A stretch of DNA of 62,499 nucleotides, filler included, from 12 parts of 12 records of this genome joined end to end with filler, not necessarily neighbours in it, one strand, 5' to 3'. Counted from the first letter of the whole stretch, positions 35,740 to 52,228 are shown. Notes: generated by a model not told the origin, from the letters alone. Program-made: numbers and translations.

Positions 35740-37995
35740 TCATTTGCCTTTACTGCCCTTGCCCTTACCGGAACGACCTTTACCCTTACCCTTACCCTTG
35801 CCTTTGCCTTTGCCTTTTCCCTTGCCCTTCCCGGTCCGATTGATTGTAACCTCAAAGCTCGAGCCCTCCGCTAGTGGCTTGTTCTCGGTTGCCTTCCCGC
35901 GACGCTCAAGCCGCTCTAGCTGTTGCTGTAGCGTCTTTTTGGAGGTCTTGCTCCGCTTGTCGGCGCTCGACAGCCCACCTCGGCCCAGCCGCGCACTGTG
36001 CCCATCTTTGAGCTCGTACATCGCTGCAGCACAGCCACTCAGTAGCCGCCTGCCAGACAGCGCACCTGCGCCTGCCGGCTGATCATCTTCTTGCTCATCG
36101 TCGTCGTCCACCAAGTCGAAATGCTCCTCAATGCGGGCCCTATCCCGCTTGGTCCGGCTGGACTTGTCGCGCGCGGCAGCCGCTGCTGGATGATGGTGCT
36201 TGAACACCTGACGCACGAGTGTTCAGCCAGCTAGTCGGCTGCAGCCACCTCGGAGTCCTCGTTGATCTGAAAGTCCGGCGAGGTGAACATCTTTTTGAAA
36301 CGGCTGTCCTGGAGCAGACCAGCCTGGGTCTCCTCCTGGTCTGGCTCCTCCTCCTTCTCCTGCTCGTCATCAGAGTCTATGTGATGATGCTCCTGGCGCT
36401 TCTTTTTCGGATTCTCGAGCAGCTTGGCGGCCAGGCTAGCGTTGACCTGCACGCCCAGTCAGCTCAACCGGTTTGAATCGCCACCTTGGGCAGCTTCCGC
36501 TCGATCGTGATCCGGTTGCCTCGCTCTTTCTCAATCTGCTGGCGCACTCGTTGCTCCCGGTGCTCCTTGCCAGTCAGAGGCGCCAGCACTGCCTTGGCCC
36601 GGTAGTACCTGGCAGGCGGTCAGATTGAGCCAGTCTGGCCGGCGCACAGCTTGGAGTCGATGAAGAACCCGTGCATGTAGGCCCTGAGCATGTTGCTCCC
36701 AACCAGCGTGTCCAGCCCTAGTGTTGCCAGCTCGTCGCGCGTCACAAATTTGTAATCGTCAAACACGTCCGGGGTCTCCTCCTCCTCCAGCTCCTCGGTG
36801 AGCGAGTCCAGGAAGGCGCACCACTTGGGGGCCGGGCCCAGCGCCGGCACATAGTACACCTGCATCCGTGGCTCCTCCACTGCCATCACCATCAACCCTG
36901 CCAGCGCCATTCAGCCGTGCACACACGCGCCCGCACCGGTGTCCTTAACCAGCTCGAGGCTGTTGATGTTCGCCTTGGGCTCTATTGAAGTGAGCATCTT
37001 ACCGTCGTCCCAGCTCCAGGCCTTGAGGATCTTGGTGTCGGTAGAGAGCACACTCCTGGTCTTATCGTGGAACTGCACCGACGTGATCCGCTCCCCGTAC
37101 CTGCCGGCCAGCTCAGCCGCTAGGCCAGCAACCGGCCGCACTGGTGGTCCTTGACGCGCAGCGGCGCCGAGGATCGGAGGTCGAACAGCAGACACTGCCC
37201 GGTCGAGAGCCCAGCCGCCATCACGAGCCCGTCGTTCCGGAACTCCAGCGCGCTCATCTCGGCGCCTGATCCCGCAGTCAGAGCGCAGCCCCAACGCGTT
37301 GCACCGTCGGCTGCGCCAAACACCTCGGTGTTGGCGGCGGCGGTGACATCGATCCGGCCGACGCAGTTCCGGTCACGAGGGTCGTAGCACTCAATCACAC
37401 CGTCAGTACCGCCCACTGCGATCAGAGAATGGAACGAGGCCACACTGCACACATTCAGCTCCGGCAGCCCGGTGCTGATCGGGGCGAAGAACTGGCCTTG
37501 CTCCAGGTTGAGCCGGTAGAGCTCCGGAGAGGCTCCGGCCACCAGCAGCTCGGCGGTGGCCGGGAGGTACTTCATGTCCCTGCCGGGCCGCGGCACCCGG
37601 AGCTTGTAGTGCGAGCCGTACTGGGCGTGCAGCTCTACTGTCCGGTCGGCGTGCAGCAGGGCCACCTTCTTCCAGTCCTCGGCCAGCACGCACATCTGGA
37701 CGCATTCGCAGGTGAGGAACCGCTCGAACTTGAGCGTGAGCTCCTTGAGGTCGTAGACGTTAAAGCGGGGTGAGTGCACCCCCGTGGCCAGCAGGTGCCT
37801 CCCGTCCGGGGTGATCTGCACCGTCTGGGAGGCGACCGGGAACTCGAGGTGCTGGATCAGCTCGATCCGCTTCTTGTAGTCCTCGTCGTACCGCAGCGCG
37901 GTCTTCTTCTTCGCTCGGAGCCACTCGGGCAGCGTCTTGCCGGCCGAAAGGTTGTACACCGTCACTCCAGACGCTGCCTCTTTTTTCAACCCCAT
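35740..37995 (-). CDS. NOL10: Nucleolar protein 10 (Enp2) WD40/NUC153 protein; 7 small GT-AG introns
   Basis: VYNLSAGKTLPEWL, RIELIQHLEFP, LGPAPKWCAFLDSLTEELEE, LRAYMHGFFIDSKLY, DSRFKKMFTSPDFQIN. Confidence 0.97.
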
Positions 37996-38911
37996 CCTCA
38001 CTCAGCGAATCATCATCTCCCGCGCTCCCGGCGGCTTCGCCGTTCGTTCAGCGGCTTCCTGGCAGGTTGGGTGAGCTGATGCTGCTACTAGTATAGGTTG
38101 GGCCCCGGCGCCTTGTGAGTGGAGTTACATACATGTAATTCTTTAAATTTATGAAATCTTAGAAAGGCCTACCAAGATCTACTTAAACAAACCGGACGTC
38201 TAGTTAGAGGACAGGGACGGAGCAAATATTACTTGTTTTCAAGATAATTTATCGATAGCACTAAGTGTAGCTTAGTATAATTATTATTATTGCCTATTGC
38301 TAGCGCTGCCATCGATATAATTATCATCATAATTATCATGACGGAAACAAGGCAAGCAGATCACTCGCAATAATGACACTAAAAACTTAAACTTTTTAAT
38401 AATTATATATATAATAAATGTCAGTAATATCATAATTCAAAGCACGTCGATGGTGAACTTGGCATCTAACTTTTATGGGAAAATAAGAAGTTCGTACCAT
38501 TAATTAATACTGTTTTTGGGGCTCAAAAATGCGATTGCCGAAGTTTGAGCATTTGGCACCAATTACAAGTAAAAGTCAGATTTCTGGTTTTTCATCTCGA
38601 GACGTGCTATGAATTATTATCTTTACATTAAATTTATTAGTAATTCTTGGTGAACACAATCAAGACGGACGTTAGCGCCCTGGTGAGTTGCGAGCACCAA
38701 CCAGCACATATCAATCGTTTAGTCGACAAGCACCTCTCCAAGCTCGATCGAATATACATCTGCCATGTGCTTCCTCCACTACACTTTTTTGCGGCGCAAA
38801 ACACCNNNNNNNNNNNNNNNNNNNNNNNNNNNNNNNNNNNNNNNNNNNNTTAATTAATTAANNNNNNNNNNNNNNNNNNNNNNNNNNNNNNNNNNNNNNN
38901 NNNNNCGGCAG

Positions 38912-39219
38912 GTCTGATTCACGTGCTTCGTCCCACTGGTGTTCATCCCGATCCAGTGGGCCATCAACAAATTCAAGGCCGGCGACCAAGGCAACCCCCG
39001 CCCCGGCCGCTGACCTGACACAGCAGGGGCAGCCGCGGACTTCCCGGTTCGCGAGTTCCTCTCCGCGCTGGCCTTCTTCGTGGTCTCTTCGGCGGTGGTC
39101 GCCTACTTCTTCGCCGACCAGATCCGCGACTTTTGGCCGCTGGGGGTGCCCCTGCCCGCCGTCCGCGCTGATCTGTCTAGCAGCAGCCGCCGCTAGAAGA
39201 CGGACTGCCCTCGGTCTAG
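38912..39219 (+). CDS. Probable small membrane selenoprotein (UxxC), C18orf32/UPF0729-like N-terminus; first exon off the contig
   Basis: After acceptor cag (38909-38911): GTC TGA TTC ACG TGC = V-U-F-T-C. Introns 38991-39026 (GC-AG) and 39146-39183 give VUFTCFVPLVFIPIQWAINKFKAGDQGAAADFPVREFLSALAFFVVSSAVVAYFFADQIRDFWPLGQPPLEDGLPSV*. A SECIS lies downstream. Confidence 0.8.
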
Positions 39220-39245
39220 AGCCTGGCGGCGGCTCAACCGTCGGC

Positions 39246-39336
39246 CCGGGGACTCACGCCTGGATGATGGCGCTGCTCGAAACTGCTGGATCCTCCAGCG
39301 GCGAGCGGCGCCGGAGAAGAGAGCGTGAGTTCCCGG
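39246..39336 (+). promoter_or_regulatory. Eukaryotic type II SECIS element
   Basis: Helix I 39246-39259/39323-39336 (14 bp); ATGA 39264-39267; stem 39268-39279/39302-39313; AAA 39280-39282; apical mini-helix 39283-39290/39294-39301; GA 39314-39315. Confidence 0.9.
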
Positions 39337-39608
39337 CGGGCGGTGGGGGCGGCGCTGGGTCAGCCATCCTGCAGCTCCGGAGAAGAGCGATCGGAGGGGG
39401 CGACGGGCTGGCTGGATAGTAGTATTGGGCTTCGACTGGGTGGCGCACCTGTGTCTCATCGGAGGCTTAGAGCTTGTGAGCACTGGATGCCTGACGATTA
39501 ATTAAATAGCGCCAGGTCGAGCTCAGCTGTACGATTACGGTACGTACTGACTTGTACGATACTCGTAAGTACCCGTACATAACTCGTACACAATGATTGA
39601 TTTTACTA

Positions 39609-40379
39609 TCATTCGAAACTCATCTGAGATCGATACCCAGTATGTGAGAGCTGCAGCAGCTGCCCACGGCCAGCTGACTTGGGGTGCTCATCGGGGACGA
39701 CAGGCAACTCTCCAATCGTCATGCTCAAGCCGGCCGGCGCTAGGGCGATCCTGAACTGCTCGAGTTGGCAGTCTCGGCCGGACTCGGTGAACACTCTAGG
39801 CTGATGCGCTATGAGCGCCACGCCACCGGGCAACAGCAGCTGGGCCACTGTTTCGGCCAGCGACGGCAAGACAGCTGTGTTGTAAGTGAGGTCGGAGCCC
39901 ACTAGTACCGGGTAGCCCGCCCGGCTCGGTGAACACTCGCGCACCCGTTGCGCTTGCTCCCGGCAGCACCAGTCGAGCTCCATCACGGTCGGGGTATGCG
40001 GGCACAGATGCTCATTAGCCTCGACGTTTCGACGGAGCAGCTCGAGCAGCGCGTCGCTCGACCCCGACGGCAGCTCTAGTTGCCCATCCGGGGTGTAGCT
40101 ACCGGGCTCCACGGCCGACCGGGGCGGCCTGTGCTCTGTTAGGGTGCACCGGGCACCGAGTCCGGCGAGGAACAGCCCGAGAGCGCCGGTGCCAGAGCCG
40201 AGCTCCACCACGGCCTCGGCTTGCTGCAGCAGACGCCGGCGGCGGGGCTGCAGCAAGTGCTGCGACAGCGCAGATGACATGGGCCAGACGGAGCCGCCGA
40301 CCGTGGCCAGCGGCAGTGAGGACAGCTCCAGGAGAGCGCCGCACGGCAGGGCAGGGCCAACCCGCTGGACCAGGTGCAT
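39609..40379 (-). CDS. METTL21/family-16 protein-lysine methyltransferase
   Basis: VGGSVWP, VVELGSGTG, LLRRNVEAN, ELDW, GSDLTY. Confidence 0.88.
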   Translation of the reverse strand: MHLVQRVGPALPCGALLELSSLPLATVGGSVWPMSSALSQHLLQPRRRRLLQQAEAVVELGSGTGALGLFLAGLGARCTLTEHRPPRSAVEPGSYTPDGQLELPSGSSDALLELLRRNVEANEHLCPHTPTVMELDWCCREQAQRVRECSPSRAGYPVLVGSDLTYNTAVLPSLAETVAQLLLPGGVALIAHQPRVFTESGRDCQLEQFRIALAPAGLSMTIGELPVVPDEHPKSAGRGQLLQLSHTGYRSQMSFE

Positions 40380-40551
40380 CAAAGCACTCCAGCCGCAGTC
40401 TCCGGCTCACGGGCTGGTACTGTACTCCGGCTGGCAACGCCGCGGATCCACACTGCGCCGCGTGACAAGGCCTCGGCACTGCCCCGGCCTTGTTTTTCAT
40501 TTTTTTTTTTATTGCGCCGCGGCCCCGGACGACTCAGCGGTGCTGGCAGAC

Positions 40552-42278
40552 ATGTCGCGGTGTCAGGTGGTGCTGAACGTCTATCTGCTGCCGGACGGGG
40601 GCGGGTTCAAGGAGGCGGTCGGGTTCGGGGCCTACCACTCGGGCGTGCAGCTGGGCGACCGCGAGTACGCCTTCGGCTCGCACAAGAGGCCGGGCGAGAC
40701 CGGAGTGTGGGTGGGCATCCCGGCGCATGTGGCCGCATCTGGGGCGCAAGGGCTGAGCGGGGCGGGCAGGCCCAGGGGTTTACGTTCAAGCAGTCGGTGC
40801 AGATGGGCACCTACAGGGGGACGGTGGCCGAGGCTTGGCAAGTAGTGGAGGCGATGAAACCGATGTGGCTCGGCACCCAGTACGACCTGCTCGAGCGCAA
40901 CTGCAACCACTTCTCGTCGGCCGCCACCTCCCGGCTGGTCTCGCGCCCGATTCCGTCCTGGGTGAACCGGCTGGCTGGGCTGGGCGACACCTGGTGCTCC
41001 ATCTTCGGCCGGCCGTCGGCCCTGGGCGAGGCGCCGGAGGTGGTGGCGGCGCAGGAGGATCAGGATGAGGGCCAGCCGAGCCCGTCGGGGGTGCAGCGGG
41101 ACGGGTTGCTCGGGCAGGCCCGTGTGCAGGGGGTGCTCGGGTTACGGAACAAGGACAAGACTGAGTGGACGCACCACTGGTGCTCGATCAGTCAAGGCTC
41201 TCCGTGCATGTTCGTGATCATGCCGGGGCTAACCAGCACGGGGGCCCGGCCCGAGTTCGAGATGGAGGTGACCGGGGCCGAGGGTCTAGAGGAGGAGAAC
41301 ACCTTCGTCATTACCAGCCAGAAGCATCAGATTGCATGCCGGGCCCGCAACTCATCGCAGATGTGGGCATGGCTCGACTCGTGCCGGCTATTGCGGCTGG
41401 AGCGCGAGTCAAGTGGCAGACAGTTGCCAGCCGGCCAGCCGTGGTCGTGCCCGGACTGCACCTTCCACAATCCGGCGCACGCGCAGGTTTGCGAGGTGTG
41501 TCTCCGTCCGCGGCCTGGACGGCCAAGCCCGACCGCAGCGCGGCTCCCAGATTATGAGGAGGCCATGGAGCAAATGAGCAGCACCGGGCTGCCCCCGGAC
41601 TGGGCCGAGCAGTACGACCCAGTGAACGACCAGACGTTCTACTTGAATCTATCCACAGGGCAGCGGCAGGCTGAGAGGCCCGGCACAGAACCAGCGCCAG
41701 CTCCGTGGCAGTGCGAAGTGTGTACGTACAGCAACAAGCCGGACGCGGCCCGGTGCGCCATGTGCGGCGCCGACAAGCCGTTGCCCGCCGGCTGGGTCGA
41801 GAAGCTGGACCCGATCAACAAGCGGCCGTACTGGGTCAATACACAAACCTCAAAGGTGTCCAGCACCAGGCCGACATCCGCCCCCCCGCCCGAGCCGGCC
41901 AAGCCAGCGGTCCGCCGGGTGGGCCCGGCCGGCAAGTGGCGCGTGGACGCGCCGAACGGGATAGCGTGGCGGATGTCTGCCGATTTCGACGATAGAGTGA
42001 CGGCGATGCGAGGGCCTAAGTTTGGAGAGGTGTTGCACGTGGACTGCACGGTCGAAGCCGGCGGTGTGCTGTTCGTGCAGTGCGGCGAGATGTTTCTGCC
42101 GGTGCGGGACCGGTCAGGCAAGCACCCGAATCTGGTAGAGGAGGACACCCGGAGCCGGCCGATGCAGCGAGGTCACCCGATGCAGCGCTCGCTAGATCAC
42201 GATGTAAGCCGGGTGCAACAACAACGGCAGTCCAATCCCCCACCGAGGACCAAGGTGCCGGACCCGGTTTGGGTGTAA
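40552..42278 (+). CDS. DeSI/PPPDE peptidase with PH, two RanBP2 zinc fingers and two WW domains; intron 40729-40769
   Basis: VVLNVY, GAYHSGV..EYAFG, YDLLERNCNHFS, IPSWVNRLA; WSCPDCTFHN..CEVC; WQCEVCTYSN..CAMC; LPPDWAEQYD..FYLN; LPAGWVEKLD..YWVN. Confidence 0.88.
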
Positions 42279-42900
42279 GCTGATATTCAAAACCTCAAAA
42301 TAGTGTCGCGGTAATATTTAAGTACGCTGTATAATGTCATGTGCACAATCATATCAACGAGCGGGCCCGCGCGTAAAGTTTTCGAGATCATAGCAATGCC
42401 TTGAACATTTCATCGTGGCGTTGTGGCTGGTGCTGATCCACGCTTACGGACGGGTTAGCAACGACATGGCCATTGAGTACGTGCGAGTACCGTGATATCT
42501 AATCATCGTCGGATCCGATCANNNNNNNNNNNNNNNNNNNNNNNNNNNNNNNNNNNNNNNNNNNNTTAATTAATTAANNNNNNNNNNNNNNNNNNNNNNN
42601 NNNNNNNNNNNNNNNNNNNNNAATGCAATGCATTAAGCCTAATAATTAATTGGTAGTAGGATTTACGAGTATGCTTGAATCACCCAAAGCCGAGACGCGA
42701 TCTGCGGCATAGGATTTATTCTGGGACGCCGACTCAATGAGTCAGCTATTCTAGTCTAGTGTCAGTTCCCCTTCGACACGACTATGGTCCACAAGCATTG
42801 GAAAATTAAATGAAGGTCCGGCCTTGCCTGGGACCCCGGCCGTTAGCTTGGACGCCGGCTTTCCCAAAATATACCACCAGCACACAGCACCGCGGCGCGA

Positions 42901-44379
42901 ATGACGCGCGATATGTTGCGGGGCCGTATGGTCGGGGAGGGCAAGGCGATCGAGCACGGATACCGGGGGATTCGCAAGCACTTGGTGGCCCAGGACATCA
43001 ACGGGAACAAGATGCTCGAGCGCCACCAGATTCAGGCCGGGTTTGAGGCTGCGGGGATCCGGTTCAGCAAGGAGGCAGCCGGCAAGCCCGCGCTGAGGGC
43101 TCAGTGGGGCTGCAGGAGCTGAACGAGCTGTTCCGGCGGTATGACTTTAATGACGATGGCAGCATCAACTACGACGAGCTGCTGCACGCCCTCCGGGTGC
43201 GCCGCTTGCTCTGTGGGCCGCACTGCTCCGGCTGCTGCAGCGAAGGTGTCTGATGGCTGGGGGCAGGACAAATTGTCGGCCAAACGAACGCTGCACGTGC
43301 GCAAACTGTTCAAGCAGATGGATCCGAACCAGAACGACGTGATCTACCTGGCCGACCTGGAGCACTTCTACCGCGCCGCCAGCCACCCAGCGGTCCGCCG
43401 GGCCCTGCCAGCCCTCTGACGGCAGGTGCAGGTTCGCACTGGCGAGCAGGAGGCTGCCGCGGTCACCCAGAGCTTTATGGACGCACTAGACGTGACACTA
43501 ACCCCAAACCCTAACCGTAACAACCTGATTGGCTGGCGGGCACACCGGAGATGCGAGGCTGGCAGCTAGTGAGCGTCTTGGCAGGCCAAGAAGAAGAGCA
43601 CCAATGGACTGGTTACCTTCCACGAGCTACTCGACTACTTCACCGACATGGGCCAGATGATCGGCTCCGATCAAGAGTTTAGTGAGATGGTGCACCGAGC
43701 TGCCCACACAGCAGCCTGAGCAACCGGCAGATGGAGGCCATGTGGAATGTCAACGACCAGAGCTGCGGGCAGGCAGACCTCCCGGGCAGCTCAAATGCCA
43801 GGTACACGGTCCCGCTGGCTGCGCTGATTTGGTTTTGAAGGTCTCTCCAGCCTCGGCGGGTGGACAAGCTCGGGGACTACACTCCGACTGTTAGACTACC
43901 GCCACACATGGACCCCGATCCGACCACTATCTCTCACCACGCTTTCTCGAGCAATATTGGCGACCATAATATCAACTCGCCGAACCGTGCCAACTCTGGA
44001 GAGGTTCAGCAGGGCGCACCGGCCTAGCATCTAACTCTTGGAGTCAGGGTCCGATTTACAATCGCGAGAAGCCTATTCGGCGGGCGCCAGACATGGCCAC
44101 CTACTGTGCAGCAAGCCTTCGTCCAGATTTAGTTGCCCGATTCCCAGAACGGGGCGCCCTTGATCCAGTCAACCGAACAACCGAGAACCACGACGCGTAC
44201 ACTGGCCGGCCTTTCGCACCACGAGTGGCCCAGTGAGAGCTTGGCCAGAGGAGCGGACGGCTCAGTGACAGGACAGGTCCACTTGGAAGTCTGAAGATGC
44301 AATGGCCCAGATCACAGCCGAGTACGGCGAGCTAGCAGGGGCTCCGCTAGTGACCACTGATCCAACTGGCGGGTATTAA
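42901..44379 (+). CDS. Calcyphosin-like EF-hand protein with C-terminal extension (about 8 small introns)
   Basis: Spliced ELFRRYDFNDDGSINYDELLHALR, FKQMDPNQNDVIYLADL..HPAVRTGE, GLVTFHELLDYFTDM..DQEFSEMMEAMWNV match the CAPS pattern. Confidence 0.8.
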
Positions 44380-45063
44380 ACTTGCGCTGCTGAGACTGAG
44401 CCCGTGGGCCTAAGGTATGAGACTTTGCAACAAGCTACATACAAACGGCCCGACCTTGCACACTTTGTGGAGGTAGGTACAGCGAAGATTCCGGCACCAC
44501 GGTGATTCCTTGAACCTCGCACCTGGTGAGAACTCGTGCCACAGGGACCGGTTCCGGGGAGGGTACTCAGCCTCGATGGATGCGACATTTTCAATCAAGC
44601 CTTCAGCGCTCGCTGAGGCAGCGCCGGTTGACGAGCTAAACGAACCAACTAGCTAGTGGTGAGGATATTTCAACTGACGAAGTCGGCTATTGCTACGAGT
44701 AGGCTATCGCAATAGTGGGATAGATAGGACTTCTTCGAGCTCAAAACAATTTAATTCGGATAAAGTATTACTAGCATACATAATCGTTTTTTAGTGTCAT
44801 GACTGTTACTTACTACGGAATGGTAAATAGCCGGCTGCATACGAGTACTGCGTACATGGTCAGTTTAGTCTGACACTTACAGTACAATATGTCGGGCCTC
44901 GGGACATGGCTAGAACTGCAATTTACACATTGAGAAAGAAACAGAGACAAATTGGAGTATTCTGACTGGTGTGTTAGTTGCTAGTGCCCTAGGTGGCACT
45001 CTTTGCAGAGAGAATAGCGGATCACAGCCTAACCACAGCCAGGAGGTCACTGGGTTGGATGCC

Positions 45064-45500
45064 TCAGCGGTCGCCAGGCTGGTTCTCCTTGGCCATCGCG
45101 CGAACCATCTCGCGCAGGGCCTGCTCAAAGTACTGCCACGCTGCAGTAAGACCGGGCAGTAGGGCAGGGCTGCCTTCTTATGGGTCTTCATCGGGCGCTC
45201 GACCGCAAACTTTTCGTTGGAGTCGGTGAACACGCGCAGGTTTGTCTCGAGCAGCCAGGCGTAGTCCTTGGTCCCGTAAAAGTAGACCAGCGTCCGGTCC
45301 TCCTGACGGAACTTGAGCACATACTCGGGCGCCACCTGCGGCAGCACCTGCCCGCCGCTGGCCGGCCGCGTCCGAAGGCTGTCGGTCACCACTTTGCCGG
45401 GCCACCAGGGCAGCCCAGGGATCTTGGCCCAGACCAGGGTGCCCACGCGGAACTGCCGGTGCTCCTCCTCCTCCGGGTCCTCCAGCTCCTCCTGCCGCAT
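45064..45500 (-). CDS. Small standalone PWWP-domain protein; GC-AG intron 45133-45173
   Basis: FRVGTLVWAKIPGLPWWPGKV, LVYFYGTKDYAWL; spliced end KKYFEQALREM. Confidence 0.88.
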
Positions 45501-45662
45501 GCCGGGCTGCCGTGGACACAGCGCTTCCGTGCTACTTCGGGACCCTGATAACTCAACGGCAACAACCTCTGGCACAAACTCTGTCAGCCCGCGGCCGGCT
45601 GGCGGTACTCAGCTCGGGTTGTCGCGTCGCCCAGGGGTCGGTGCGCACGGGTGAGCGCGACC

Positions 45663-50119
<4,457 letters not shown>

Positions 50120-50363
50120 CTTCTCTAGTATGACACGTTATTTGCAAAAATTTGAGTCATCCAGATATGTCGAAACGGATGAAACGGTGCACATGAACGA
50201 ATTACGTATTACTTGTTTTGTATTATAAAGATGATTGTTTTTTTCATTTTGAAATTTTCGCAGAACCAGGGAAGGTACGCGTAGAAACTCTATAGAATCG
50301 CTCAGGGGTACTAGCAGTACTAGCAGGCTACTACTAGTGAAGTCTTGTACAATCCTAGTACAA

Positions 50364-52228
50364 TCACGTAGTGGCACCCGCACACCAGCAGTTTGTTTGA
50401 TACCAACACTCACCAGTCATCCATTGGGCACGGGAAATGAATTGATCATAGTTGAGATTATCGCTCCCAAGTGAAAGAGGGAGCACGTAGACCCCTATGC
50501 CTACCGCTGCAACAAGCAGCGTGGCTGCCACAAGGATCTTGCTTGTTGATGGGAGCATGTCGATCAGAGTTGCCAAAGTTAATATGCCAAAGTAGTACGC
50601 AGGCAGATAGTAGTGCAGAAAGGCCTGGCGCTCAAGTACCCCAAAGGGTAGGAAGTGCAACGCATAGCCCATGATGCTCCATATGAGCAGTTCTAGCTTG
50701 CCGTGGCAGCATGCAAGCCGTTGTAGCCCATTGTACGCGCCAGACTTGCGGCAACAAAGAGCAACAGCCGCAACCAGTGACCCTATCAGCACAGCTATTG
50801 TTGACGCCCACCAGACCACAATATTTCCTGAGAGAATCACTCCCCACCGCCGCGGATGCTGCAGATCCTGCGAGCCTCCCGCCGCCACCATACTCCAGAA
50901 AATGCCCTGTCCAGCCTCAGTTTGGCTGGCTCCGCAGCACTGGCTTGCCTTGCCCATCAGCGGCCAACTATCCCACCGCGAGTCAAAGCTGTGGCTACCT
51001 GCATGCCGACAGATTAATCTGGGCCGCCGCCAGGCCGCTTGCCGGGTGGGAAGACTATCGCCATCTCCTGATGGTACTGGTGCTGCCGCAGTGTGAGCTC
51101 CCAGACCATCTCGAGCGCACCCATCGACGGCTGCAGCCCGCTCGAGCGCTGCTCAAGCGCAAGTCGAAACTGCGGGCTCATGTAACCGCTGCCCGAGCCG
51201 AGCTGCGGAAGCATAGACAGGTGGAGCAGGTACATGCCGATGTAAATTGCCAACGGCAGCAGCAACAGCAGGCTGACCCGGAGCACACCCTCCGACAGCA
51301 CCCATAGCGGTCCCCTGGGCAGCCTGGTCAGCATGTGCGCCGCGTTCTGCAGCCCAATCCAGGCTAGCAGCGGCAGCACCATCAAGTACCGCGAGGTGAG
51401 CGCAGCCCCGAGGCTCAGCCCGGTCAGCCACAGCCAGCCCAGCACACTGCGGCTAGTGCAGCCTGCCCGCTGCACCTGCAATCAGGGTCATTGTCTGGCC
51501 GATCGGCCGGTCACCTTGGATGCACAGAGCACCGCCATCCCGAGGAAGCTCATGTACACGATGTCGTTCATGTGGATCCGCGACATGACGAGAAACAGGT
51601 TATCGACCAGCAACAGCCCACTCGCCAGCCCTGCCCCTGTGGTGGACAGCCCGAGCTCACGCCCGCTCAGAAATATGAGCGGCACCAACAACGAACCCAA
51701 TCCAGCTGCCACTGATCGCAGCGGCTTCATGTCACACCGCTCGTTCCGGTCGGTTTCCATCAGCTTAGCAGGGTCGGATCCGGGATCCGAGTACCGACAG
51801 TGGGCAGGTCCGGCGTACCCTAGCGTCTGGCCTATCTGATAGTAGAGCAGCTTGGCCAGCGGCGGGTGCACGTCAAAGAAGTACTTGCCGCTGGCGTAAC
51901 CGTTGACGAACCGGCCGATGTGCGTCTCGTCGTACACCGCCGAGTCCGGCCGCCCGAGATCGTAAAATCGGCTGGCCAGCCCCAGCAGCGTGAGCAGACC
52001 CAGCAGCGCCCAGTCCCGCCGGCCCCAGTCGCTCGGCCGATCGGGCCCCGCTTTGGCCCACCTGGGTGCTGGCCCGGGCTGGGGCGCGCCGGCCGCCTGG
52101 TGCCGCCGGCGGAGTTCTGTCAGCGGCCGGTGGTGCTCCCGGTTCTGGTTATTCGGGTGGGCGAGGTGCTGCTCGATGGTGGTGGCGTCCCCAAAGTAGC
52201 CGCAGATGCATTCCATCCGCATCACCAT
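50364..52228 (-). CDS. Dolichyl-phosphate-mannose protein O-mannosyltransferase (PMT/GT39), without MIR domains
   Basis: VYDETHIGRF..FFDVHPPLAKL, spliced HSFDSRWDSWPLMGKGIFW, GNIVVWW, ERQAFLHYYLPA. Confidence 0.9.
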
